64,000 bases of DNA from contig NC_042999.1 in assembly GCF_006345805.1 (NCBI RefSeq), positions 31,930,001 to 31,994,000 on the forward strand, given 5' to 3'. The notes under the pieces were generated by a model that worked only from the letters and a program-made list of their open reading frames with translations, was not told the DNA's origin and did not search any database. This DNA comes from Octopus sinensis. Lineage: Eukaryota. This document shows positions 25,358-39,699 of this stretch, piece after piece. Made by a program: the position numbers and the translations under genes. Each line of letters starts with the position of its first letter. Within the stretch, counting starts at the first letter, position 1.

Positions 25358-27444
25358 CCGCACACAAACACATATATACAAATACAGGTATGTGTCTGTA
25401 CATGGTGAGCTCAAAAGTAATGAGAGAAAGTAGTTAATAATGCGATGAAATGTATGAAGGGAAAGTCTCCCTTGAAAATTTTCCCGACTGATAAATATTG
25501 CTGCATTAAATATACATAGCCATATATGATTTTTGCTTAATGTAAGCACACAATCGATAGCCCACTTACTCCTGTAGCTGTCCTGAGATAATATCTCTCT
25601 CATAGTCCGAGAAAGATAGGTCAGCAGTTTCTTGAGAATTAAGCTGCACAGTATATCCCTCCACCATCAAATCGACGTTCCTTAAACAGGTGCAAATTGT
25701 ACCCACGCATCGGATGTCGAAGTCATCACACAGCAGGGTAAGATTAAATATTTTGCTCAAGAACACATTGCAGCAAATTTTACAGGAATTAAAATCATGA
25801 TCTAATGTTTCTGGGGGCAACACTGCAACCGCTACGCCATGCATTCTCACAATCTCATGAGAATGATGGGAAAATCCCCCCTAGCAGTAGTGAGCGCAAA
25901 AGCTTGATATTTCAAGATATTTCGTGTATTCAATGATGCAAACACGCATTCAACCATGCGCTTAGACGAGAATTCCTCACGTCTCATAGTGGTCAAATAG
26001 TTTAAAACATTAAATGATGTTCCAATAGACTGTCGATGTACGTAATTGAGAGAGTACTAACTCAAAATATCTCTCTAATTTCCTTAAATTATAGCGAGTG
26101 TCGTTTGGATTGGCACATTACTGCGATCTTCGTCGTAAGGCAACAACACTTCCGAACGTGTGGTGTTACAAAAAGATGACAAAAATCTGTTTACCCCCGG
26201 AGAGAAATACCACAGTACCTGATTTATGGTCAATGTGTATATCTTATGTATTTTAAATTGTTGACTATATTCATTTAATAATCTCTCAATTGGTATACAA
26301 GATTACATATGTCCGTTCGTCAAAATCGATTCAAATTATGTTAAGTGCTCTAGCATGAGTTGTTCCCCAAATATATTCAGTGAAGTCTATATGAATGGCA
26401 TAGAAACGAAATCGTAATGGGTATTTAGATAAGTGTAAAATTGGATCAAATTTGAACGAAATGCCTATCTATGTATACGCCAACGAAGATGAAGTAAACC
26501 TGACTGCTAGGCAGGATACACTGGCCATGATCTCACAAATAAAGGAACAAAAACAGATTATATCTTATGCTCAAGAGCAAAGAGCAATGGTGCCAGGCAG
26601 TCTGTCTTTCGTTAATATTCTTTATTTAATGCTTATTCTAAATCAAATTTAAATTTTCACAATTGACTAGATGTTTCCTTGCGAACAACATTGAATTTTG
26701 TCATTACACCAACAAATGTCATTTCATTCCACTTACCTACAGGATCATATTACAACGGCCAATGATCAGTATATATTGTCAGACGTGTGGAGATATATGG
26801 GATTAGAGAGGTTACGCAAAACATATCTATAGAGGAAAAAATGCGATGATAAATGTGTTACACAAATGAGCAGCCAAACATGCGGAGGGCGGTGATTCTG
26901 AAAGTGTTAATTAATTAAGAAATATGAAATTTAATCAACAGGGTATACACTTGATTAAAATGCTCAATACGTCACTTTAAAGAATTATAAACTGAAAGTT
27001 GTGAGAAGAGTTAACGTATATATATATATATATAAATATATATATATATAACAAAAAACTTTTTTGTAAATAAGATTTATTCCTTTCTATGCATTTGCTG
27101 CGACAATTTGCTAAAGCTACGTGAACAATTATATAAGGCCTGGCAGTAAGAATAATTACGTGGTAACTTTTTCTCTCTTGTCTCCCACACAAAACTATTT
27201 CTCCGACCCAAATAGATATAAATAATGAGGTTTCAGCACATGAAATATCTCATTACTGAAATGTCCAAAAGCCGAAAAGTTATTCTACGTTATTGTAAAT
27301 TATCTCGAATACTATAAATAAATGTTGTATTAAGTATCCTCGAATAAGATTTTCTTCTTTAAACTTGAAATGACCAATGATTAAATATGCGCATGTTCCT
27401 TATTGAATACCGTAGTGTATTCTGTTTCTGATACACACACGACA

Positions 27445-27484
<40 letters not shown>

Positions 27485-27495
27485 GACACACACAC

Positions 27496-27528
<33 letters not shown>

Positions 27529-27530
<2 letters not shown>

Positions 27531-27835
27531 GGCACATGTTAGAGCGTCGAGCTTACGATCGCGAGGTTGTGAGTTCGAATCCCGGACCGGGCCGCGACTT
27601 GTCTTCTTGAGCAAGATATTTTATTTCACGTAACTCCAGTTCACTCACCTTTAGAAAGGAGTTGCGACGCTACAGGTGCCAAGCTGTATCGGCCTTTGCC
27701 TTTCCCTTGGATAACACTTGTGGCACGGGGAGTGGAGGCCGGTATGCATGAGCGACTGCTGGACTTCCATAAACAATCTTGCCCGGACTTGTGCTCGGGA
27801 GGGTAACTTCGTAGGTGGAAATTCCATGGTCATTT
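27529..27835 (+). mobile_element. SINE family D (tRNA-derived)
   Basis: B box gttcgaatccc at ~27573, then cttgagcaaga core-like motif and a distinct tail. Confidence 0.75.
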
Positions 27836-29046
27836 CGCCGTTATTATCGTTGAAGAAAATATATTGACTTTAATCTCACACAAAAGTGTATTTTATATAA
27901 ATATCAGTAATTATTAATTTCCCTTCCGAACAATATTATTTCCTTATTTGTATAAGAATTGTTTTATATTAAGTTCTTAATTTCTGCTCCTCCTTCAACA
28001 AATAATTCATGTTTTCAACCATTTGCTTTTGATATACAATCATTCTATATTTCTGATACATGTAATCGAATTCTTCTACGATTTTCGATATGCTGAAACT
28101 TTGACTGTGTCTGCTTTGGGGATTTATTCGCATGTATTTCATATTTTCATATTAATATGACAGTTTTCAATAAGTCTTGTTTTCTAGCACAACTGACCGG
28201 AATGTTCAGCCTAGTCGTATAATACAATTTAGTGAATCTCTGCAATGAATGAACATATTGCTAGTTCATGTCCCCTGGACATAAAATCAGTAAATAATTC
28301 GTGTAACGGCGCCATCTTTATTTGTTAGTTTGCAATTGGTCGAAAAATATATTAACAAAGGTATCAATATATCTTTATACTTTACCGTTTATCGCCAATC
28401 ATAGAAAAGTTTTCGCAGAAATTCTACGGAAACACTAAGCATTCTCAGTATCTTTCAAATATGTTATTTAGTAGACTTAATACCACATTACAGACCTGCT
28501 GACAATATTTCGTCATATCCTACATTCCATATATAAGAGACGCAACAGCATGAGATATAACAGACAATGGTTATAAAACATAACATATTTTCAATTAACT
28601 GTTACAAACACATATAGCCATTCATAAACATACACATACGGATATACAATACAAATACACAAAAACAAACATACACACACACACACACACACATATTATA
28701 TATCTGACTCACTAAGCGTCAACTACTGTTCGCAGATCATTCTACTTTATTACTATGTAAACACATAGACACGTAGAAATTGGTTCGCCACATACGTATA
28801 TATGTTAGCAAGCAAGTGATGTTTAGGAAACAGTATCCAGTAGATAATATTTGCTTTCAAATACACAGATATTATAAGGGAACGCAAGTCCTTATTAAAG
28901 TTCATTTATTCATAATCGCTATCGCTATCCTCATTCCGGCGAAAACGTTTTTCGTTCTTTGTCAGGGAAACACACGTTCTCGGTGTGAACATCTGAAAAC
29001 TAGTGTAGGTTATGCATATCACAATACATAGTTATTACACTACATG

Positions 29047-29270
29047 TAGGCGCAATGGCCTAGTGGTTAGGGCAGCGGACTTGCGGTCGGAGGATCGCGG
29101 TTTCGATTCCCAGACCGGGCGTTGTGTGTGTTTATTGAGCGAAAAAAACACCTAAAAGCTCCACGAGGCTCCGGCAGGAGGTGGTGATCCCTGCTGTACT
29201 CTTTCACCACTCTAAAAGGCGGTGCTCCAGCGTGGCCGCAGTCAAATGACTGAAACAAGTACAAAGAAAT
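29047..29270 (+). mobile_element. Chimeric SINE: family C head and core fused to the family A tail
   Basis: Family C sequence to ~29212, then aaaggcggtgctccagcgtggccgcagtcaaatgactgaaacaagta as at 8920-8965. Confidence 0.8.
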
Positions 29271-29285
29271 ATATATATATATATA

Positions 29286-29323
<38 letters not shown>

Positions 29324-32300
29324 TATGTGTGTCTGTCTGTCTATCTGTATGTATGTGTATACACTGTCACGTTTCAAGCGTTTTAGTAATTTAATTGCCC
29401 TATTTGTAAAGTTACAACAAACATCCACGCATACACCGTCATGTTGCACCGTCTGAAGCCAAACTTCTTCTAGTTCTTTGATATCAGGCTGGTATCGGTG
29501 CATGAACTTCAAGGTAAGAAACTCCTTCACTAAATGTAGCTTCACAAGCTATATTTTGGGCTATATTTTTAGGGTATATTTTTGGGGTACAACATCAGCT
29601 CAGTTGGATTTTGTTTACACGATCTTGTGTCGGCTTGCTGCAGAAGTGCTTGCTTCCGGTTACTTAGACATGCTTTTTCATAAATGCTATGCATTAGACA
29701 AACATCCTCAGTTGCTTGCATGAATTGGGCAATTTATTTCCTTTCAAACCCTCTATTATGTCATTCTTCTTTTACAATCGAATTATTATACTGTGTCAAG
29801 TATTTTTGTATATTTCTGGATGTAGATTGTACTCATTCGCCAGTACTCACAACATAGGTTTCAGAACCCTTTATTTCAGTAATGAGGATATTGTTTGCAT
29901 ATATTAGAAATATTATTATTATGTTGATGTTGCTTCTTATTGAAATTGTCTTGGTTTACTTTTACTTTTCTTAGAGCTATATAAAAGCCCGATGATTGTT
30001 CCTTACTTTTTGTGGCGCCTCTTAAGAGACGCTTCTGGCATTATGCAGTATTTTAATAATGATTTTCTTTTCGATGAATAATTAAGAATCTTATTGTACG
30101 TAATTAGTGTAGAGAATAGTTAGTTCTCCAATTTTCAATATCCTTCGTTATATCATACTTCCATGCTCCAAATATGATGCAGGCCATATTTTAGTTCTTC
30201 CATACTTTGCATGTTTAATTTTAACGATTTCACATTTTACATATTATTAATCTATATTATATGAAAAGGTTAATCATCTGGAGATACGATCTAATTCAGA
30301 ACTCAATACCTCGATATCTAATTAAAAAATGCTTCTCGGCGGTTCAGTCCAAACTACATGTCTATATAAAATAATATCATACGTTAATCGTGTGTAATAG
30401 TAGTTGAAAGAGGCGTATTGTTCTTGTAAATTCTTGATATTGATATGCTACGTATAAAGTGAAATTGGAGACTCAACAACTCCCTAGAAAATATTCTTAT
30501 TTTAAACGTTCAATTATTGAACACCATGCTTTCGTTTGTTTACTAAAGAGCCGTTGTTTCGCCAAATGTATTAGAACAATATAATCAATTCCAATGCACA
30601 ACATTACACATAGACGAGCACCCACAACTACAAGTATATAGGTACAAGTAAAAATTAATGGAGTAGGATTAGAAGGACTACAGAAAACAAGATAATGTAT
30701 AGAAATACATACATTTAATTATGAACAATTGCAACACAGCCGTACATATCAAGACATACGTGCGCACGTGAATGCACGCGATCGCATCAACATATATATG
30801 CAACAACGCACACTATCAACACACACGTCCAAGAACACAGAGGCACATATACCCACAGGCGCTTACCTGTTTAAAAAATAACCGGGTCTACCATACTATC
30901 AAACTTATGCGCGCAAACACACATTGGAATGTACGCACATAAGTAAACACTTGCACACTCGCTTGCCCATTCAAGCATATACATTCACTCAAAGAACCGA
31001 CTCAGTCATTCAAGAATGTACACTAGACCATACGCTCTTTTGTTCACACACACACACATACAAGTACACCTACACATTTTCCCTCCCATTCCTGTCTCTG
31101 TATAAGGAACTTAACTCATAAACCTTTCCCAGATGACAATCAATCCCAGATCTGGAACGAAAATGACTTTGAATAAAGGGACGAAGTCTTAAAGAGGTCG
31201 CGAATGGCTAATGCATACACACTCGCAAAAACAAAAGCACAACTACAGGCAGGCACGTGAGTGTTCACGCAGAACTGCACATGCTTACGCACGTACGCGC
31301 ACTCACACTACACATATACACATTCATACACACACGCTTACGCGTACACACATACCCTACGTTTACTCTTAACTGTCCCTTCTCTTGTAGGCAACTGTAC
31401 GCCCACACACACGCATACAAGCTTACATATTCGCAAGCAAAAGGCTAACTCTCCGACACGCTGAATGGAAATGATAAGCTATTGCTGAGGTCGCGAATAG
31501 CGACAAAATATCTTTAAACAAGCAAACAAACACACGATTGATTATTTAATCAGCACGTTAAACACACTATCAATTAAATAGTTGGTTAGATATGTAACTG
31601 ACTGCCTAGCGATATTGATGTGATATTGAAACAGTGCGTAGCTTTATTATTGTTGGGCTAATGATCCTCGCCAGACACAACAAAACAACGTTATTACATA
31701 TTTTCCATTCTTACGCGTGTGGATGTAAATTGAATGAGGTTTGACTAGTAGATCTTGCTCTGAAGAAATTCCCAAAACGTTGGCTGAGTTATGTACAGAA
31801 ATGCATGCACTAATGACCAATTACCAGGATTCCTTACAGAAATATTATATTAGAAAGATTGCAATTTAGGTGAATTTACGTTGGCCATCACACTGGATTT
31901 ACTTCAATCTTGCCAGGGAATTGCTCATAGATTTAAAACCCCGACACTCTGTTCTTTTTCTCAAATCAGTTTTGTAGGTGTTTATTGTTAGTGTTCAAGC
32001 AATTGGCTGGCTATATTTATAATATATACTTAGAGTGTGATGTTATTGATTAGTGTATTTCTTGTTTATGATTTGATTGTTTCTAGTTTATGATTAATGT
32101 GATTCTGATTTATGGTTAAAGATTTTTATGGCAATTGCTTAATGTGCTCGAGTATTGCGATTGATACGTTCAAGTTTTAGTATTCGTGTGCTTATAGTTC
32201 ACGGTTATTTTGTTCATGGTTGGTTTGTTGTTTATGACTAATGGGTTAGTAGTTACTGATGAATGTGCTTCTAGTTTCAGTTCAGATCAGAGTCTTTTAA

Positions 32301-33725
32301 GTTTGTGGTCTATTAATTTGTCATTTACAGTGAACTCAGTTATGTTTTATGGCTTATGTGCTTGCAGTTTATGGTTTATTATGTTTGCAGTTTATTGTTA
32401 CAGCATTTATGCCCCAGATTTATTGCATTTAAACTATAATGTTAGTGCTTTTATAGTTTACATTTAATGTGATTGTACTTTGTGGTCAATCTGTTGAAAT
32501 TTATAGTCCTAATTTTTGGTTTACTCTCAAACGGTTTTAATATTGATACTATGAATTTTACAATATTGGAAACCTATTTCTACTTTGCTGTTTTCCACAT
32601 TGGGAAAATAAATAATCTCCCCCGTTTTTGAGCCTTGTATCATTTATCTTTAATATTTAAACTTGTGTTAAATGAAGCAAAAGCAAGAATCTAAAAAGAA
32701 TCGAGTCCAAGTACCTGTTCAATATACCATCTATAATGCAAAAATTGCGTGTGTTCAGCGGTTTTGTATTGCAACTTAATACTATATTTCTTCTCCGTTT
32801 TGACATGTTAGTTTCCATGAGCCCTATGATCAATTGCGATGATTTATGCTTCTTCATCGATTCAAAGGTTGATAAATGCAGTTCATTATAATAGGCTTTC
32901 TTGTATGAATATTGCCAATATATAAGTTCTTGCTTTATTGCCTGCAGCCGTCCAATATTGTTTTATTTATTTAGCGTTAATCTTTTCAGTCATATTAACC
33001 TCTTCTACAGCTTATCTTATCCTACGTTTCATGATTTCTTTTATATTGGTGTCGATTTTTTTCGCTGATATTTTCATGTTTATTTTGTTTTAGCTTTAAT
33101 TTGTTTGGTTTATTTTGTTTAGATTTTGCATATTACGGTTATATCTTTTCTATTTCGCTTGATTTCCCTTTAAACGATTTGCTTTCAAATTGTTTGCTGC
33201 TGAAAATTTTCATATTTTCCTATGAATTTAGAGGAGTAGATTTTTAGTTCATATACAAAGTGCGACTATTATTATTAGGTTGAAAACCACTATAAACATC
33301 TATCTATATTACTACATAATGGCTGTATTTCGTTCATCTTTACGTTTTAAGATCATGTTCCGTTTGAGACAAATTTTGCCATTCATCATTTCAAGGTCGA
33401 TAATATAAGAACCATTTTAGCCCTGGGTTTGATACATACACACACTCGCGCGTGTGAAGGTGCACTTACACACACACGCACAAACACACACACATAGAGA
33501 GAGAGAGAGTGCCAGAGAAAGAGTTTGTGTGTGTGTGTGATTGTGTATGTGTTTATATGTCTGTGTATGTGCTAGCAGATGGAAGAACTTAATAACGTTA
33601 TATGCACAAATATATTATTCTTTTATTCTTTTCCTTGATTCAGTGTTTCACTGCGGCCATGTAAGAGCACCGCAGTTAATCAAACATTTCGACTCAAGGG
33701 CGTATTCTTTATAAGCCTTGCACAT

Positions 33726-33848
<123 letters not shown>

Positions 33849-34130
33849 GTATGTATACTACACATGTGGAAAATAGGTCTGTGTTTGTGGCGTTGTTAGA
33901 TAACTTCTACATCGTTTTATTGATTTTGATGAAATTGGTCACGTGCGTAAAACTCACGTGTTGAAACTTCGATAATACGAAAACTTCGATAATACGGCCT
34001 TGGAAGGGACCTTTGTATGGGCCTCATATAAAATGGTATGTAGTTACAATTCCAGCTGTTTCTGGATGCTCGCATTTACCTCAGAAGTTTGGCAGATATA
34101 GTTAACTAAAAATTTGCAACCAGTAATGGA

Positions 34131-35254
34131 ATCAAAGAAACATTAGAAGAATCGGGTCTCTTTCTTCAAAGCAATCAAGTACGAATCAAAACTAGCAGGT
34201 CTTAATGCAGAGTAATTTTAAGATAAAATAGTGAAATTCTCCCTTTAAATAGAGATAATTTATTTATGTGTGTGTGTTTGCTGTGAGTGTGTGTGTGTTT
34301 GCTGTGAGTGTGTGTGTGTCTGCTCTGTGCTGTATGTGTGTGTTTCTGAAACGGAGCTATAAGGCGTATGACTCAATTGTTAGCTTGTTGGAATCGTGTT
34401 AATATATTTCGATTCTTGTCCCAGATAATATACATTTTTCTTGAGATAAACATATTATTTTGAGTCGCCCAAGTCCACTCAACTAAAGACAAAATAAGTA
34501 ATCATGTGAAAGACTGGTGTGCCGCCCAAGCAGGCATATATACCATCTAGAATCCGAGAAGCTGCCTATGTGGTTATATATGACTTGGACGGAACATTAT
34601 GCTTTTATACAGAGCCACATGTGATTGATATCATCGCAATAACAATCTTCAATGATTATCACGTGTAAATATTTTAAAAGCTGGAATAGTTGGTAATTGA
34701 ATGGTAATTTGGTCAATATTGATTTCAACTTTTGGCACAAGGCCAGCAAATTTGGTGGAGAGGTTAACACACGTCTGATACGGTTACACCAGGCACATGC
34801 ATCACAACATGCATCATATCAAGATAAACAGTCAATGACGTTGCAGGTGGGTCCTAGTTAGAATTTCCTTCAGGTCAAGTACCACATCTTGCACAAAAGA
34901 TCCCTGAATAAGGGTTGTCTAGAAGTGTTGAACAAAAAAACCCATGTTTCTAAAGTTGAATTAACCAAATCCCCAAAATTCCTTTCAACACATGGCTATG
35001 ATGCTCCGCCACTACTTCTGCTCATGATCAGAGATGCACATATCGTCAACCCCTGAGGGACATGCTCAACTGGTTACGGTCAAACAACCGACAAGCAAAT
35101 CCATGGTATTCAGCAGAATATGTGCTGTAGACCATCTTTTATGCCAAGACAAAAGAATATACGTGATGATACTTCCTATCAGTTAACATAAAAACTCATG
35201 AGAGCCACTGCATCACGGCTTTTATTATTATTAATATCATTATTATTATTATTA

Positions 35255-35309
<55 letters not shown>

Positions 35310-35333
35310 GTTGTTGTATTTATTATTATTAAA

Positions 35334-35375
<42 letters not shown>

Positions 35376-35465
35376 GTTATCATCATCATCAACGTCATCA
35401 TCATCATCAAAGAAACATTAGAAAAATCGGGTCTCTTTTTTCAAAGCAATCAGGTACGAATCAAA
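34131..35465. repeat. 60-bp direct repeat (34131-34190 / 35406-35465)
   Basis: atcaaagaaacattagaa(g/a)aatcgggtctc..caaagcaatca(a/g)gtacgaatcaaa, 3 mismatches. Confidence 0.88.
34720..35400 (+). mobile_element. Probable non-LTR retroelement/SINE ending in an (ATT)n(ATC)n tail
   Basis: Higher-complexity body running directly into a long ATT array; family resemblance recalled, not verified. Confidence 0.45.
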
Positions 35466-35620
35466 CCTACATCAACCCCAGAGTCCAACTGATATTTCTC
35501 TTGTGGACCCCGAAAGGATGAATTGCAAAGTTGACCTCGACGGGATTTGAACTCAGAACATAAAGATGGAGGAATGCCTCAAAACATTTTACCCCACGTA
35601 CTGCCGATTCTGCTGACTCC
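35466..35620 (-). mobile_element. Degraded SINE family B
   Basis: accccgaaaggatgaattgcaaagttgacctcgacgggatttgaactcagaac. Confidence 0.7.
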
Positions 35621-35689
35621 CAGCCCTTATACGTTAGTACAAATTAATCTGCAAACACTCTGATATTGTGTATCTGGCCACCAGGTTTC

Positions 35690-36205
35690 TGGAGGGGATA
35701 GCGCCTGCGTGTCTGGACACCAAGTGTCTGGAGGCGATAGCGCTGATCAGGGTGAAGAGGATTGTTGCTGAAAGACCCTATATCTGATAAGAGGACTCTG
35801 CACAATTCCACAAAAGCAGGAAAACCTAGTCATGGCTGTCAGGCAATTTCTTCGACCACATCACCCCCAACATCTGGCCCCCTGACTCCCACAGATTGCA
35901 ATCCTCTTAATTATTGGGGGGGGGCACAGGTGAGCGAGAGACCAACGAAATTCTTTGTAACACCAAAGATGAACTGGAAATGTGGATTATGGCAGCATTT
36001 ACCAACATAAACGTGATTGCCGTCCAGAGGAGATTTGGATGTCGTCTGGAGATCGTGGTTGAACCAATGGCGATTTTGTTGAACGAATTTTCTCTTTAGT
36101 ATTTCAAGGTATTTCTATGCAATTGTGGTAAAAATATCTGCTAAAGTTATATGTTAATTTAATTTTCAATCTTGACTAATTTGGAGACAATTTATTCAGA
36201 ACACC

Positions 36206-36207
<2 letters not shown>
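35690..36207 (+). mobile_element. 3' part of a Tc1/mariner-superfamily (maT/DD37D-like) transposon
   Basis: QEDSAQFH, WPPDSxDCNPLNYW, ERETN..CNTKDEL, RLEIVVE across frames, then a TIR-like end next to a TA array. Confidence 0.72.
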
Positions 36208-36237
<30 letters not shown>

Positions 36238-36417
36238 TGATAGATAGATAAATACATATAAATATATACATATATATACATATGTATATATATGTATATA
36301 TATATATATATATATTTATACATGTATATATATATACATATATTTATATATATGTATATGTATACATACATACACACACGCACGCACACATAAACACACG
36401 CGCGCACACACACACGT

Positions 36418-36462
<45 letters not shown>

Positions 36463-37311
36463 ACGAGTTATCTTATTTTAATTTCTTATAACCCTCATTA
36501 ATGTAGAAATATAAATTGATATTTTCCAATTAATCAACACTCTAGAGTTGTAAATAATGAATATAGGCATTCAAGTATTAGTTCTGTGAAACCATCAATT
36601 TACATGATGAGATTAACACTTCAATATATTTATTTGCAATATTTAATTTTATTTTTCATTGAATGTGTAATACATCTAGAAACATTTTCAGTAATGTAAC
36701 TTATTAGTTGATACTGCTATTAATATCAGTTCATTTTAAACAAATTTTTTATTTGTTGTTCATAGATTTAAGCTTTTTAGTAGATTTTGCGATTTTATTT
36801 AAGCAGGCTGCCAGAAAAAAATATTATGAATATGTTTTATTATTGTAATTATACTGAAGTGTTTGCTAACGTATTACATGTAATGTATCTGAATTTATAT
36901 TAATTAAAAATGCATCAACATTTCGGTAGAAAAAAAAAATGTATTACTACAGCTATGTCCATAAAAGGAAGCCAAGAAAAAAGAGTGAATATAAATTAAC
37001 TAAAATTATTTAAAATAACTACATGCAATTTTATAAAAATGTGATCGTTGATAGTATGTCGAAACTCTGAGCATGTTTCGGTTGTGTTAAATATCATGAC
37101 GAAAGATTCCAAAAGTTAAAATCATAAAAGAAGGTGTAAAAATCTTAATGTGGTTAACATTAAACGCTATAAAATACTATCTATAAACATCATAGTGAGG
37201 AAAATTATGTATTACTGAATGTTTGAAACCAATGGAATTGGTCTGAAGCGTAGGTTGAAATGCATCATATTTAACTGTGTTTATATACATGCATGTAGGT
37301 GCATATATGTA

Positions 37312-37411
<100 letters not shown>

Positions 37412-37509
37412 TATATATATATCTGTGTGTGTGTGTATGTGTGCGTGTATGTATATGTGTATGTATTTGCGCGTATTAGTGTATGCATATACATATATGT
37501 ATATATATA

Positions 37510-37744
37510 CGTGTCCCTAGATGCAGCTCCGGCGGCCGGGGTGTTTGTCTCCCCTTCGTAAATGTATATAAGGACAAAGGGAAAATGTGTCAAAGCCATC
37601 AGGAGGCGTCGATGCTTCCTAGGGCTATACAGCGGTGGTGCACCCCCTACTGTCACGTTCGGGTTAGATTGACAGTATACAACCATTCTATTTCCCCCAC
37701 CACCGTACATGTCTCTACGAGAGATTTAGAAATTTAGTATTTCT

Positions 37745-37745
<1 letters not shown>
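37510..37745. other. GC-rich, highly self-complementary ~230-bp island between two TA arrays
   Basis: Pairings cggtggtg 37633-37640 / 37698-37705, tactgtca 37648-37655 / 37670-37677 and ccctag 37515-37520 / 37619-37624. Confidence 0.4.
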
Positions 37746-37825
<80 letters not shown>

Positions 37826-39699
37826 GTTGAAGGAAATGGAAAATAGATTTAGCACTAGTCTTTACACTGTACGAAGTTTGTTTTGACTCATCCAGCAACT
37901 GTCCGTTAGCCTAAATTATATTATGCACTGTTAGGTGCACAATACTATACCCATAACGCTGTTACGGGAAGGGCCGATGCGATCGTCATACTGAATAACG
38001 ACTAATGCTAAATCTATCTTTCGTTTCCTTCATCAGTTATCTCAAGTAGCACTGCGGAATTCCTGATGCTGATCCAGAGAAAATATCTCCAAAGTGCGGG
38101 TGATATCAAGTAGCAGAAACTGTGAATGAGCGTGGGAACATAGTCTCTCAAAAACGCACAAACGTCTAACATTGTTTATTCATTTATTACTTGGTGTTAA
38201 ACTTTCTTCGCACTATCTGCCACCTGGTTGCAGTTCCACTCACATCATTTTGAGGAAAGTTGCTTGTGATCCAAAATATTGCAAACCTATTTGTTTAAAT
38301 GTATCCATATTTTATTTTTCGTTATTTTCGGTCATATATATGGGTTATCATCACCAGGTACACGTTACAGGTCTATCCATTTAGTTTCTGGTTGATATAG
38401 GAGGTTAGGTAGCGTAACCCCCATTTCTTTCTTCTGTCGGTAGTAGCGCATGTGATTTTGTACTGTGTTGTGGGTTCGGAAAATTATGATGAAAACTCGG
38501 TAACTCTATCTGTGCATAGTTATAACAATATATATAAGGGATGACACAAATTCTCAAAGAGCAAATGATTGCTAGTAGAAACGGAAGCACTAGAGTACTA
38601 CTGATAGTAGTACTATTAGTATTAGTAGCATTAATACTAAAAACAGTAGTAGTAGCAACAGCAAAATTGATATAGAGATAGTAGTAATTACAACTTAATA
38701 AAATCCTATAGATGTAACTAATCCTTACTTGACCAATAGTATTGGACTTATACATTTCACTATAAGTGTTCCAAATGAACTGATGTAAATTGGGTAACAA
38801 TTGATGACAATCAGGATGACTAACAAAGAAAACAAATGAAGCATACTTAAGACTCTGTGTATTATATACTGTTAAACAGCTTTGTCTCAAACCAATTGTA
38901 GTGGACATGCATCAGAGAGTGCAACAAATATTTTGACACAAATAAGTCGTTTATAAGAAGTCATTACGCTCATGGAATCACTTTCTCAGAATTAACCTTG
39001 CTAAAACAATTGTGCCAAGCCATGCAAGGATAACAGTACATCAAATTACTATCTTTAAATTAAATTTTAAGAAATGGGGAGTAAATATGATGATGCTATT
39101 GCTTACACTACTGTATTAGGTCTGCCTGAAATAAGGTATCGATTGTAGTCCACATGGCAATTGCAGTGAATCGGCAATTCCCTTTGGAAGATCACTCCAG
39201 ATTTTGAAACAGAGATATGTTACAGAGGTCATTTTATGATTGACAGATTCCTTCCTTCTTATTGAGATGGAAATGAACTGCTGGAGAATAGCCAACTAGT
39301 GTAACATTGAGTGGATGATTCCCGTGAAATTTGTGAAAGACAAACAGCTGCCAAATCTTTTATTTCAATGAAACGGCATTAGGTGACGGGCTACTTTTCA
39401 GAACTGATTGCTCAGGACCTTTTTAACATTCTCATTGACAGGAAAAATAGCTAAGCAGCGCTGACAACTGTTCTGACAAATGATTCATTAACACATCATT
39501 GACAATAAAGATATCGATTACAACACAATTGAAGCACAACAACCATATTCCAAAAGTATTGTTCTTCCAGAAGCTGGCGACTGATACAGGCCACATATGC
39601 TGTTCTATAAAATAATTTGGTAGAATAATTATAAACTTTATAACTAAGTTTCATCTGCAATTATGCTATCGAGTGTTCTCCTTCAAACTGCTTTCTTTC

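Noticed and set aside
31755-31795. CTGAAGA..CAAAACGTT as an HHR relic
   Set aside because: G12 is missing, stems are too short and there is no supporting context.
37560-37680. HDV-like ribozyme (GCC-TCCTGAT-GGC on the minus strand as P3/L3)
   Set aside because: No P1.1 GG, and no P2 or catalytic C junction in the right positions.
38005-38050. CTGATGA-AGGAAAC-GAAA on the minus strand as an HHR
   Set aside because: Stem III and stem I cannot be formed in register.
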